From: Bacillota bacterium
Lineage (GTDB): Bacteria > Bacillota > UBA994 > UBA5500
Direction of reading: 5' to 3'
Assembly (NCBI GenBank): GCA_029781045.1
Contig: JAKOXL010000048.1
Span: 52,261-116,260, forward strand
DNA length: 64,000 nt
The notes under the pieces were generated by a model. The model had not been told where the DNA came from and did not search any database. It worked only from the letters and a program-made list of their open reading frames with translations. Each line of letters starts with the position of its first letter. The stretch's first letter is position 1. Shown here piece by piece: positions 51,837 to 62,878 of this stretch. The position numbers were made by a program, and so were the translations under genes.

Positions 51837-52520
51837 CTAGGATTCCTTTTGTCTTCTTATCCAATCCATCAAGGTATTCTCCGCGTTTTCCATGTGCTCA
51901 AGGGCCAGTTTGTGCGCCAACTCCGCATTGCGCTCTGAAATGGCCTCCGTTATCTTTCTGTGCTCTTGCAGTACCCCGCGCCCACGGCCAGGCATACCAA
52001 GAGTGGTAACACGGAAGCGTTGAATCTGCTCGCGCAAGTTGTTGAGGATTTGCATCAAACGATCATTGCGACTGGCCTTGTAGAGTAGATTGTGATACTC
52101 CTCATCCAGAGCAACTATCTGTTGCGTGTCATCCTCTTCAATGGCAGCGCCGATGCGTACCAAAATCCGCTCCATTTCTTCCGTTTCCTCGGGGGTGATA
52201 CGCTCGGCGGCTAAAGACGCTGCTAAACCTTCTAACGCAGAACGTATCTCAAAAGTTTCGGCCACATCCTTAATGCTAAGGTCGGCCACATAGGCACCTC
52301 GCCGCGGAATCATTATAACTAGCCCTTCCAGCTCTAGTTTGCGAATCGCTTCTCGCACCGGTGTACGGCTAACACCCATTTCGTCAGCCAGCTGCATTTC
52401 CATTAGTCGCTCGCCAGGCCGCAATTGACCTTTAAGAATGGCTTCGCGCAAATGTTCAAAAACAATCTCCCGCAGGGGTTTATAGTTTTCTAGTTTTACC
52501 GGTATAAGTCGCTCCGTCAT
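51837..52520 (-). CDS. GntR/FadR-family transcriptional regulator
   Basis: N-terminal winged HTH (LMEMQLADEMGVSRTPVREAIRKLE) plus an FCD C-domain. Confidence 0.8.
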   Translation of the reverse strand: MTERLIPVKLENYKPLREIVFEHLREAILKGQLRPGERLMEMQLADEMGVSRTPVREAIRKLELEGLVIMIPRRGAYVADLSIKDVAETFEIRSALEGLAASLAAERITPEETEEMERILVRIGAAIEEDDTQQIVALDEEYHNLLYKASRNDRLMQILNNLREQIQRFRVTTLGMPGRGRGVLQEHRKITEAISERNAELAHKLALEHMENAENTLMDWIRRQKES

Positions 52521-52611
52521 ATATAGCTCTCTCTCCTCCCACGAGCGCCACTACGTAATTTACACTTTTTATGTGTATTCGCCGTATAAACGTAACATCC
52601 CTTTATCTAGG

Positions 52612-53484
52612 CTAAAATCGAGTGCGAACCAAAGAAGCCTGGTAGTGGGCAGGCAACAGTCGTCGCACCCTTTGCAGCCAGTTGATGGTGGGGGCTTGAC
52701 CAGAGTTAGGGACGACAGCAAATAAGCAGGCTCCGCTACCAGATAGCAAGCATGGGAGACCTGCTTGGGATAAATCTCGTTTCACCACCGATAGCTCCGG
52801 GGCCAGCTGAAAAGCTGGCACTTCTAAATCGTTGTGCATTAACTGCCCTACGGCCTTACCATCTGAACGTTGCAAAGCCATGAGTAGAGAGCTTAGGTTC
52901 GGTAGCTGCTGGTCCTGCTGCGGTTGCCAATGGGAATAGACCTTGGGAGTCGCCAGACCAAAGGGTGGCTGAACTAGAATTAAGGTCAAGTCGGGCGCCA
53001 AGGGTAATTGCTCGATCTGTTCACCTCTGCCCCTACCAATCGCGGTCCCCCCTCGTAGAAAGAAAGGAACGTCAGCGCCCAACTCCTGTGCCACCGGCAG
53101 CAGTTGCTCCCATGACCAATCTAGCTCCCAAAGTCTATTCAAACCCCGCAAAACAGCGGCCGCATCCGAACTGCCTCCACCCAGCCCGGCTCGCCAAGGA
53201 ATCCGCTTCTCCAGGTGGATGTGCACGCCCTTACCTGGGACATGCTGGGCCAAAAGGGCCGCAGCCCTATAGGCCAAATTGTGCTCGTTACAAGGAAGAC
53301 GCGGGTCATCACAGCTTAGGGTAATGCTACCACCATAGCGCAACTCCAGAGTGAGCGTATCCGACAAGGAAATGGTCTGCAGAACCGTCTCCACTCGGTG
53401 ATAACCATCGGGCAATTTCTCAAATACGCGCAGCCATAGATTCACTTTGGCTGGGGCGAGTTCTACAATAGTCATCCCTAACAC
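52612..53484 (-). CDS. ispE: 4-diphosphocytidyl-2-C-methyl-D-erythritol kinase
   Basis: GHMP kinase; APAKVNLWLRV and PWRAGLGGGSSDAAA. Confidence 0.85.
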   Translation of the reverse strand: MLGMTIVELAPAKVNLWLRVFEKLPDGYHRVETVLQTISLSDTLTLELRYGGSITLSCDDPRLPCNEHNLAYRAAALLAQHVPGKGVHIHLEKRIPWRAGLGGGSSDAAAVLRGLNRLWELDWSWEQLLPVAQELGADVPFFLRGGTAIGRGRGEQIEQLPLAPDLTLILVQPPFGLATPKVYSHWQPQQDQQLPNLSSLLMALQRSDGKAVGQLMHNDLEVPAFQLAPELSVVKRDLSQAGLPCLLSGSGACLFAVVPNSGQAPTINWLQRVRRLLPAHYQASLVRTRF

Positions 53485-53541
53485 ACCCCCACCCTATTCT
53501 AATACATCCCTCGCTCCCTGCCCACCCTGTTTTGCGACGCA

Positions 53542-56184
53542 CTATAGGCTGCCCGCAATAGCGTAGGCCCGATGCAGGTGGGGAATCTGCTGAGCCAGTT
53601 CAGCCAAAAGGGAATTGGTATAATCCCAGTCTTCATAGAGTACTACAATCAAGTCTTCCGGCTGGGCCGCTGCAAAGGCTGCCCAGAGAGCCGTCCGCTC
53701 CTCTAAGCAGACTTGGATAGCGGCGGGACTTAAGCCGGCGGCCAAAGCTCCCTGTCTAAGTATATCGGCCACTTCTCCCGGCCCTCGTCCACGGCGATCC
53801 CTGTCCTCTTTGATAAAGAGCCGATCAAAGCCACGCCCTGCCGCCTCACCGACAGCAAAAAGCAAGGAGTTACGTCGGTCACCGGGGGCGGCTATCACCC
53901 CGATTAACTGCCCCGTCGTTAAGGTACGGGCCAAACGGGTTAAGCCTTCAATGCTGGCCGGGTTGTGGGCATAGTCAATCAGCACCGATTGCTTGCCAAT
54001 GGTGACCAAGTTCTGCCGACCCGGATTATGCTCAGCGTTCGGCAGGAAACTGGCCAAACCCTGCTTGATCAGGCTGCGCTCTACACCTAGGCCCCATAAG
54101 GCGGCACAAGCAGCTAAAGCATTGGCCACATTATAGCTGGCCTTGCCATTAAATGTTATGGGAACAGCCTCAACCGACATAAGTGGTTCCAGCTTATCGC
54201 CTTCTGCAAAACATATTTGTCCATCCTGCACAAACACGGCCCGTCCACCGACCCCCAGGTGACGTCTTACCTGCACGTTGTCGGCCTGAAGGCTAAAGAG
54301 AATGACGTTGCTCTTTTGTCTGGATAGTAGCTCCACGCTGGGCCCATCGTCGCCATTGATAACCGCATACCCTTGAGGTTTTACCGACTCCAAAACTAAG
54401 GATTTTACCCACGCCAAATCTTCCAAGGAATCCAGGTTGTCCTGCCCAAGATGGTCTTCTGTGATGTTGGTAAGTACGGCCACATCGCAGCTATCATAGG
54501 CCAATCCGCCCCGTAGTAACCCGCCACGGGCCAATTCCAATACAGCCACGTCTACCAAAGGATCGCTCAACAGAACCCCAGTGCTCCACGGACCCGTGGT
54601 GTCGCCAGGGACCAGCAGTTGGTTATTATGATAGATCCCAGCCGTACTGGTCAGACCCACTGTTTCATAACATTGCTGCAATACATGGGCAAGCAAGCGG
54701 CAAGTGGTGGTTTTACCATTGGTACCAGTCACGGCCACAATAGGGATTTCGCTGGGCGTCCCGGGAGGAAAGAGGCTGGCAATAATCTGGCTCGCCACAT
54801 CCCTCTCTTCACCGGCCACCGGATAATGGTGCATACGAATGCCAGGGGCCGCGTTCACCTCGATGATAGCCCCCTTCCCCCAGTCAAAGGGAAGAGAAAT
54901 ATCACTGGTGACCACATCCACACCAGCCACATCGAGCCCAATAAGGCGCACAGCCCTCACCACAGTAGCAGCTACCAGCGGATGAACCTGATCCGTAACA
55001 TCAACGGCAGTACCACCGGTACTGAGGTTAGCATTCTCCCGCAACCAGACTACGGCACCAGCCGCCGGAACGCTCTGCAAGGAATAGCCTTGGCGGGCCA
55101 ACACCTGATGCACAATGTCGTCGATCACTATCTTGGTTAAGGGCTTTTCATGGTCCTCCCCCCGTTGCGGATCCTGGTTTACCTGTTCTACCAGAACAAC
55201 AATGGGGTCACAGCCATTGCCCACCACATGGGCAGGAATACGCTCAGATGCGGCCACTAGGCGGCCATCCACCACCAGTAGGCGGAAGTGCCTGCCAGGA
55301 ATATACTCTTCAACTAACACGCGGGAACTGAAGCGAGCCGCAATGGCGTATCCTCTTAACACTTCCTGCTCACTGTCTAAGTTTAGTGACACTCCCCGTC
55401 CCTGATTACCATCGCAAGGTTTGATAACTACCGGGCATCTAAGCTCGTGCCAAGTCTGCACCGCTTCAGCGCTTGAATGAACCACTTTTCCCCTCGGAAC
55501 GGGAATGCCCGCAGCTCGTAGGATTAGTTTAGTAAGCTCCTTATCACCGGCCATATCGGCCGCCAAACAACTGGTTCTGTCGGTCAGAGTAGCCTGTACA
55601 CGCCGCGCAAAGCGGCCCGTACCCAGCTGCAGTAAGCTACCCTCGCCGATGCGGCGCACACTGATGCCCCGCCGTCGGGCCGCATTCCATAGGGCCTTGG
55701 TGCTGGGCCCCAGGTCAACTTCTGCCTGACGCTGTCGTAGGCGCTTTAAGGCCGAAGGCAGATCATAATGGAGACCGGCCAACAAGGTGTGTATGAGATC
55801 TAAACCCACATCCACCAGCATCTCGGCCAACCCCCCGCAGGGGCACTCGAAAACTACTTCGTAGACTCCCCACTGGTCCGTTCCTCGTGTCTTGCCATAA
55901 CGGACATCCAAACCTAAGAGTTCCTGCAGCTCCAGTATCACATGCTCGAGCACATGCCCCAGATAAGTGCCCGAATGTAAGCGGTGGCTGAAACCACCCG
56001 GGCGACCTAAGGCACAGCTATGGGATTCAAGACCGGGTAGAATTTGGAGCAACCTCTCGTTGAATCCGGGAAAAACCTTGCTTTCCCTACCAGCATACTC
56101 TTCCAGATCAAGCAGCAACAAAGCGGCAGGACGGTGGATATATACGTTGCGCCCTGGAAATACGCGCAACTCGATTTTTCTCAC
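53542..56184 (-). CDS. cphA: Cyanophycin synthetase
   Basis: 880 aa; N-domain, ATP-grasp (G-domain) and Mur-ligase-like M-domain (GTNGKTTT). Confidence 0.85.
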   Translation of the reverse strand: MRKIELRVFPGRNVYIHRPAALLLLDLEEYAGRESKVFPGFNERLLQILPGLESHSCALGRPGGFSHRLHSGTYLGHVLEHVILELQELLGLDVRYGKTRGTDQWGVYEVVFECPCGGLAEMLVDVGLDLIHTLLAGLHYDLPSALKRLRQRQAEVDLGPSTKALWNAARRRGISVRRIGEGSLLQLGTGRFARRVQATLTDRTSCLAADMAGDKELTKLILRAAGIPVPRGKVVHSSAEAVQTWHELRCPVVIKPCDGNQGRGVSLNLDSEQEVLRGYAIAARFSSRVLVEEYIPGRHFRLLVVDGRLVAASERIPAHVVGNGCDPIVVLVEQVNQDPQRGEDHEKPLTKIVIDDIVHQVLARQGYSLQSVPAAGAVVWLRENANLSTGGTAVDVTDQVHPLVAATVVRAVRLIGLDVAGVDVVTSDISLPFDWGKGAIIEVNAAPGIRMHHYPVAGEERDVASQIIASLFPPGTPSEIPIVAVTGTNGKTTTCRLLAHVLQQCYETVGLTSTAGIYHNNQLLVPGDTTGPWSTGVLLSDPLVDVAVLELARGGLLRGGLAYDSCDVAVLTNITEDHLGQDNLDSLEDLAWVKSLVLESVKPQGYAVINGDDGPSVELLSRQKSNVILFSLQADNVQVRRHLGVGGRAVFVQDGQICFAEGDKLEPLMSVEAVPITFNGKASYNVANALAACAALWGLGVERSLIKQGLASFLPNAEHNPGRQNLVTIGKQSVLIDYAHNPASIEGLTRLARTLTTGQLIGVIAAPGDRRNSLLFAVGEAAGRGFDRLFIKEDRDRRGRGPGEVADILRQGALAAGLSPAAIQVCLEERTALWAAFAAAQPEDLIVVLYEDWDYTNSLLAELAQQIPHLHRAYAIAGSL

Positions 56185-56199
56185 AACTAAGTGCCTCCC

Positions 56200-57027
56200 T
56201 TAAGCATTCCTACTAGTATTCTTTCCAGCGTTGGATTTGGGCTGCCGAGTCTGCAAGTTAAAAGCATAACCTTCAGATAGAACATGTAACCTAACTTCTG
56301 CTAAAGCTAGAGCCGCCTGCGGGCTCACTTCAGAAACATTTGTAAAGGCAATATGTTGCCCGTCTATGATACTAACCGTCCCACTGCCTATCACCTCAAA
56401 TTCCGGGCCTTCCACCACTATAGCCGTGTTCTCATCAATACCAATACCCAGAACGTAGGGGTTTTGGGCTACTGCAGCCAACAACCGCCCTAGACGCCCT
56501 CGCTGGGCGAAATGCTGATCGATAACCACATCGGAAATAAGACTCAAACCAGCTGCCAATCTAACGGCGCCGGCCGCCGGTTCCTTGTCTTCACTGCCAT
56601 CCACAATCATGGTGGAGCTCATCACCGAGGCGCCCGCACTGGTGCCGGCAATCACCACTCCCCGCCGATAAGCTTCGCTGAGAGCATGAAAGAGGGCCGT
56701 ACCACCGATGAGGCTAGTAATGCGCAGTTGGTCGCCCCCAGTGAAAAACACTCCACTACAGTTATCCACCAGGTGTACCAACATGGGGTCTTCCGCCTGT
56801 AAACGTTCACTGATGTCCAGGACCCCCACTTCAGCTGCGCCCAGACGCGTAAAAACCTGACGATACAGGCCGCCCACCTGCTGGGGCTCAGTGGTAGCTG
56901 CCGTCAATACCAAAAGTCGAGCCTGGTGGCCTCCGGCCAGCTTTACAACTTGCTTGAGAATAAGACAATCGCCTTCCTTATCTTCAGCACCGCCAATTAT
57001 CACTAAACGGCCAATCTGGTCTGCCAA
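56200..57027 (-). CDS. cphB: Cyanophycinase (S51 peptidase)
   Basis: VIAGTSAGASVMS serine nucleophile and the VIIGGAED N-terminus. The start is trimmed to a TTG after AGAGGAG because the longer track ORF would cover the veg terminator. Confidence 0.75.
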   Translation of the reverse strand: MADQIGRLVIIGGAEDKEGDCLILKQVVKLAGGHQARLLVLTAATTEPQQVGGLYRQVFTRLGAAEVGVLDISERLQAEDPMLVHLVDNCSGVFFTGGDQLRITSLIGGTALFHALSEAYRRGVVIAGTSAGASVMSSTMIVDGSEDKEPAAGAVRLAAGLSLISDVVIDQHFAQRGRLGRLLAAVAQNPYVLGIGIDENTAIVVEGPEFEVIGSGTVSIIDGQHIAFTNVSEVSPQAALALAEVRLHVLSEGYAFNLQTRQPKSNAGKNTSRNA

Positions 57028-57097
57028 AAGCCACACTCCTCTATAAATTCTACCGTCAACATAAATAGAGTTCCCTTGCCGTCGGATGATATGCAAA

Positions 57098-57135
57098 AAA
57101 AGCCCTTAGGCTACGTGCCTAAGGGCTAGAGTTAA
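57098..57135 (-). terminator. Terminator after veg
   Basis: Minus strand reads AGCCCTTAGGC-ACGT-AGCCTAAGGGCT followed by TTTTTTT. Confidence 0.5.
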
Positions 57136-57150
57136 TTCCGTGTTATTTCT

Positions 57151-57429
57151 TTAGTTGGTCGATGGAACCATGCGGCTGTCAGGTTTGCCTATCGACAGCT
57201 CCACTGTTTGGGTCAAAACATCGGCGTAGCTAACAGAGATGACTTGAACCGGATGCTTCTGCGAATCAAGTTTGACCAGGAAGTGGTAGGGATAGGTATT
57301 CTCTAGAATACCTTCGCGGATGATAGTCTTACGTCGGCCGCGGTTTGCTTTTATCCATACTTTTTCCCCTATGTGGGACTCCAGATCCTGACGAATCTCA
57401 GCCAGAGCGTTCTTTGCCGCCAAAGACAA
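57151..57429 (-). CDS. veg: Veg protein
   Basis: 92 aa; LAEIRQDLESHIGEKVWIKANRGRRK. Confidence 0.85.
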   Translation of the reverse strand: MSLAAKNALAEIRQDLESHIGEKVWIKANRGRRKTIIREGILENTYPYHFLVKLDSQKHPVQVISVSYADVLTQTVELSIGKPDSRMVPSTN

Positions 57430-57462
57430 CCACCTCTCTCTTTACTTCTCACCTTGTCCATT

Positions 57463-57532
57463 TTAGCATAAGGTGGGGTAGCTGTCAAATAAACCAGATA
57501 TTATAGCAGGCAGTCTCAAAGCCTGTCAAGGC
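57463..57532 (-). promoter_or_regulatory. Tandem consensus sigma-A promoters upstream of veg
   Basis: Minus strand has TTGACA-N18-TATAAT and TTGACA-N17-TAAAAT. Confidence 0.4.
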
Positions 57533-57567
57533 GGGCAAAAGGAAGAGTTAAGTATTTGTAACCACAT

Positions 57568-58044
57568 TTATTTGGTGAATCTATCGGCTACAGAACTGGC
57601 GGCAAAGGCATCAGGTTTTACCTTAGCGGTGAACCCACTGGTAATCACCATTCCCACCAGATCCCGTATCAGCTCGCGCGTGGCTCCCCGCCTTCCCGCA
57701 TCCACGTGCACTTCCAGATCACAGTCAAAGAACAAGTGCTGAGCCAATAATTCCTCCTGCAGCTGGGAGATGGTTTCCAAACTTAGAGATGTCTCTAGAA
57801 TTAGCTTCTGCCGTAAGCTAGTAATCGGCCGCTGATGCTGGTGGCGGACAAAAAAGCGCCCGCCTTTGCCCACCCGGTGTACCACTATCGCTGTAACAAA
57901 ATGCGTGGATTCTGAGTTGGTATGGGAGTCGGTTCCAATAATCAGTTTGTACTTGGCCTCCGGCTGCTCTGCCACAAAACTCGCCAGCGCCTCTACCAAC
58001 TCTTCTAAAGTGAGCTGGCCCTGGGATGGACTATAGAACCGCAT
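57568..58044 (-). CDS. Conserved hypothetical protein, possibly DUF458/YkuK RNase-H-like family
   Basis: 158 aa containing KLIIGTDSH. It replaces yabG between rsmA and veg. Confidence 0.35.
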   Translation of the reverse strand: MRFYSPSQGQLTLEELVEALASFVAEQPEAKYKLIIGTDSHTNSESTHFVTAIVVHRVGKGGRFFVRHQHQRPITSLRQKLILETSLSLETISQLQEELLAQHLFFDCDLEVHVDAGRRGATRELIRDLVGMVITSGFTAKVKPDAFAASSVADRFTK

Positions 58045-58067
58045 CAGCGCACCTCCTTCCGCTAAGA

Positions 58068-58871
58068 CTAAAGTAGTTGAGCTGCCAACTCAATAAACTG
58101 TTCCGGAGTTAGCTCTTCCCCTCTCACGCCCTCCTCCAGCCCCAAATGGGACAAGGCGGCCTGCACTTCTTCCTTCGTCACCGCCAAATTGCCAATAAGG
58201 GCATTAAGTAGTGTCTTACGTCTCTGTCCCAAGGCGGCTCTCAGTACTTGTCCCAGCCACTCTTTACTAACCGGTAAGGGCTTACCTTCGGCCCTTGGAC
58301 ACAGCTTAACTACCGCCGAGGCCACTTTGGGAGCTGGGTAAAAGGCGCTAGGGGGAACACGGGTTATTCTCTCCACCTCATACTCCCACTGCACCATAAT
58401 GCTGAGCAATCCATATTCTTTGCTGCCCGGTCCAGCCATTATCCGCTCGGCCACTTCCGCCTGAACCAAGAATACCATGCCCGACCAAGCTATATCTTGT
58501 TCCAAAAGCCGGGTGATTAAAGGCGTCGTAATGTAATAAGGCAGATTGGCCACTACTTTGACCGGCCCCCGATTGCCTACCAACTGCTGGTAATCCACCT
58601 GCAGAGCATCCGCCAGCAGCAGTTCGACCGGCAAACCAGCTCCCAGCACTTCCTGTAATAGGGACTCAAGGCGTTGATCCTTCTCAATGGCAATAACTCT
58701 TCTTGCCACCCGCGCCAATTCCCGCGTTAGAGTGCCCAATCCGGGGCCGATCTCCACCACCAGCTCATGGGCACCAACAGCAGCGGCCGCCATAATCTGC
58801 TGCAGGTAGTGCTCATTTATCAAGAAGTTTTGTCCTAGGCCCTTGCTAGGGCGTATCCCGTATTTGGCCAA
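58068..58871 (-). CDS. rsmA: 16S rRNA (adenine1518/1519-N6) dimethyltransferase
   Basis: KYGIRPSKGLGQNFL and the SAM motif VVEIGPGLG. The true start is uncertain and is probably 6-10 codons upstream at a non-ATG codon. Confidence 0.85.
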   Translation of the reverse strand: MAKYGIRPSKGLGQNFLINEHYLQQIMAAAAVGAHELVVEIGPGLGTLTRELARVARRVIAIEKDQRLESLLQEVLGAGLPVELLLADALQVDYQQLVGNRGPVKVVANLPYYITTPLITRLLEQDIAWSGMVFLVQAEVAERIMAGPGSKEYGLLSIMVQWEYEVERITRVPPSAFYPAPKVASAVVKLCPRAEGKPLPVSKEWLGQVLRAALGQRRKTLLNALIGNLAVTKEEVQAALSHLGLEEGVRGEELTPEQFIELAAQLL

Positions 58872-58908
58872 TAGGTCTTTGACGACAGTAGGTGCCGTTA
58901 ACTTCAGC

Positions 58909-59694
58909 TTAATCGCCTCTTTCTAGGCCAAAAAGACGCATGGCATTGGCCGTTGTTTGTTGGGCCATAGTCTCATAATTAACGCCCCGCAACTCGGCTA
59001 GGCGCTGCACCACGAGGGCTACCCGTGCCGGGTGGTTGACTTTGCCCCGATGGGGCTCGGGGCTCAGATATGGGCAGTCGGTTTCCACCACCAGCCGTTC
59101 TGCGGGCACCTGCAAGGCAGCTAATGCCGGTTTCTTGGCATTACGGAAAGTGATAGGACCAGCAAAGGAGATATAGAACCCAAGGGCTAGAAAATGGGCT
59201 ACCAATTCGGGGCTGCCCGAATAGCAGTGCATAACCCCACCTGCCTTAAAGGGGGCGTGTTGCTCTAGAACAGCTAACACATCTCCATGGGCATCGCGGT
59301 CATGTACTATCACCGGCAAGTTCAACTCCTTGGCAATACGCAGTTGAGCTGCGAATACCTCCTTTTGGATAGCTCTCGGCGAGTGGTCGTAATAGTAGTC
59401 CAATCCGATCTCACCATAAGCACGGACTTTAGGATGTTGCGCCAACGCGATGAGATCCGCTTCCATCTGAGTGTTCCAGTGCTTGGCCTCATGGGGATGT
59501 ACCCCGACAGCGGCCACTAACTCCTTCCGGTTGGCTGCTTGTTGTACCACCAACCGGGAACTCTCCCAGTCGGCTCCAACGTTGACGATATATCCAACAC
59601 CCGCTGCCCGGGCTTCCTGCAGCCAAAAATCCAGATCGGTGGCAAGGCGCGGATCGCTCAAATGGGCATGGGTATCAACTAACATAGCTCCCAC
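58909..59694 (-). CDS. tatD: TatD-family metal-dependent DNase/hydrolase (YabD)
   Basis: VDTHAHL..; 261 aa. Confidence 0.85.
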   Translation of the reverse strand: MGAMLVDTHAHLSDPRLATDLDFWLQEARAAGVGYIVNVGADWESSRLVVQQAANRKELVAAVGVHPHEAKHWNTQMEADLIALAQHPKVRAYGEIGLDYYYDHSPRAIQKEVFAAQLRIAKELNLPVIVHDRDAHGDVLAVLEQHAPFKAGGVMHCYSGSPELVAHFLALGFYISFAGPITFRNAKKPALAALQVPAERLVVETDCPYLSPEPHRGKVNHPARVALVVQRLAELRGVNYETMAQQTTANAMRLFGLERGD

Positions 59695-59698
59695 TCCT

Positions 59699-61975
<2,277 letters not shown>

Positions 61976-62229
61976 CCAAGACAGATTTTGCTGTTTTTCT
62001 CTCGACCGGGCGCAGGAGAGAGGATTAACATGTAGAATAATGTAGCATGAGCCTGTGCTCCTATAAACAGCCGACTCCTATAGGAATCTAGACTTAGGCA
62101 CACAATCCTAGGATTTTGTACTATTATTATGGCTTTTTAGACATGAAATCTCTGGACAGGCTATGGTTATTTTTGTTATAGTAGTAAATAAGAAGTCTGT
62201 CGATTTATGTCATAAAGGGAGGTAAGTTC

Positions 62230-62475
62230 ATGAAGTCAACAGGTATAGTTCGTAAGGTGGATGAACTGGGCCGCGTAGTAATTCCCATCGAGCTAAGGCG
62301 CACCCTTGGGATCGATGAAAAGGACTCCTTGGAGATTTACGTTGACGGCGAGAAGATCATCCTCAGAAAGTACGAACCGGCATGCATCTTCTGCGGCAAT
62401 GCGGAGAATGTAATCAACTACCGCGGTAAGAACATCTGTGAAGTCTGTCTCAAGCAGTTAGCCCAAGAATTCTAA
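62230..62475 (+). CDS. abrB: Transition-state regulator AbrB with a C-terminal CxxC-N17-CxxC tail
   Basis: MKSTGIVRKVDELGRVVIPIELRRTLGIDEKDSLEIYVDGEKIILRKYEP, then ACIFCGNAENVINYRGKNICEVCL. RBS AGGGAGG. Confidence 0.85.
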   Translation: MKSTGIVRKVDELGRVVIPIELRRTLGIDEKDSLEIYVDGEKIILRKYEPACIFCGNAENVINYRGKNICEVCLKQLAQEF

Positions 62476-62491
62476 TACATAGTACATAGCG

Positions 62492-62536
62492 CGAGGCCCC
62501 AGGCTTCGCGTTTTTGCTTTCTTTATGGTACCTATA
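62492..62536 (+). terminator. abrB terminator
   Basis: CGCGAGGCC-CCA-GGCTTCGCG followed by TTTTTGCTTTCTTT. Confidence 0.45.
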
Positions 62537-62570
62537 CATCCATTGTGATAAAGATAACTATTTACATCTA

Positions 62571-62600
62571 TTGACAATGCTTATGTTACTCCCCTAGAAT
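62571..62600 (+). promoter_or_regulatory. Sigma-A-type promoter for the gcv leader
   Basis: TTGACA-N18-TAGAAT. Confidence 0.35.
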
Positions 62601-62619
62601 TAAACTAACCGCATACGGT

Positions 62620-62836
62620 GTATGGATGAAGCTGACGGAAGAAGAGAATCTCTCTACCGAAGAAGCAAGTCGACAGGTCGCCCAGCTTGTCGATGAAACT
62701 CTCAGGTAACAGGACCGAAGCTGACATGGCTCTGGAAAGTCGTAGGACGCCGAAGGAGCAAGCCTTTAGGGCGAATCTCTCAGGCATTAGACAGGGCGAC
62801 AAGGGTGCTTACCTCTTGTTGCCCTGTTTTTGTTTC
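62620..62836 (+). promoter_or_regulatory. Tandem glycine riboswitch (two aptamers plus a terminator expression platform)
   Basis: Aptamer 1 is GGAAGAAGAGAATCTCTCTACCGAAGAAGCAA..CTCTCAGGTAACAGGAC. Aptamer 2 is CTCTGGAAAG..ACGCCGAAGGAGCAAGCC..CTCTCAGGCATTAGACAGGGCGAC. The terminator is GGGCGACAAG..CTTGTTGCCC followed by TGTTTTTGTTT. Confidence 0.75.
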
Positions 62837-62878
62837 CCTAAAACCTGGGAACTATAATGCAGAAATCTCTGCAAAGGA

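Noticed and set aside
57028-57096. N-terminal 23-codon extension of cphB in the ORF track
   Set aside because: The extension would include the T-run of the veg terminator. An internal TTG preceded by AGAGGAG gives the canonical cyanophycinase N-terminus.
62605-62802. 65-aa minus-strand ORF between abrB and gcvT
   Set aside because: It lies completely inside the tandem glycine riboswitch on the opposite strand, with no RBS. The region is explained by the structured RNA.
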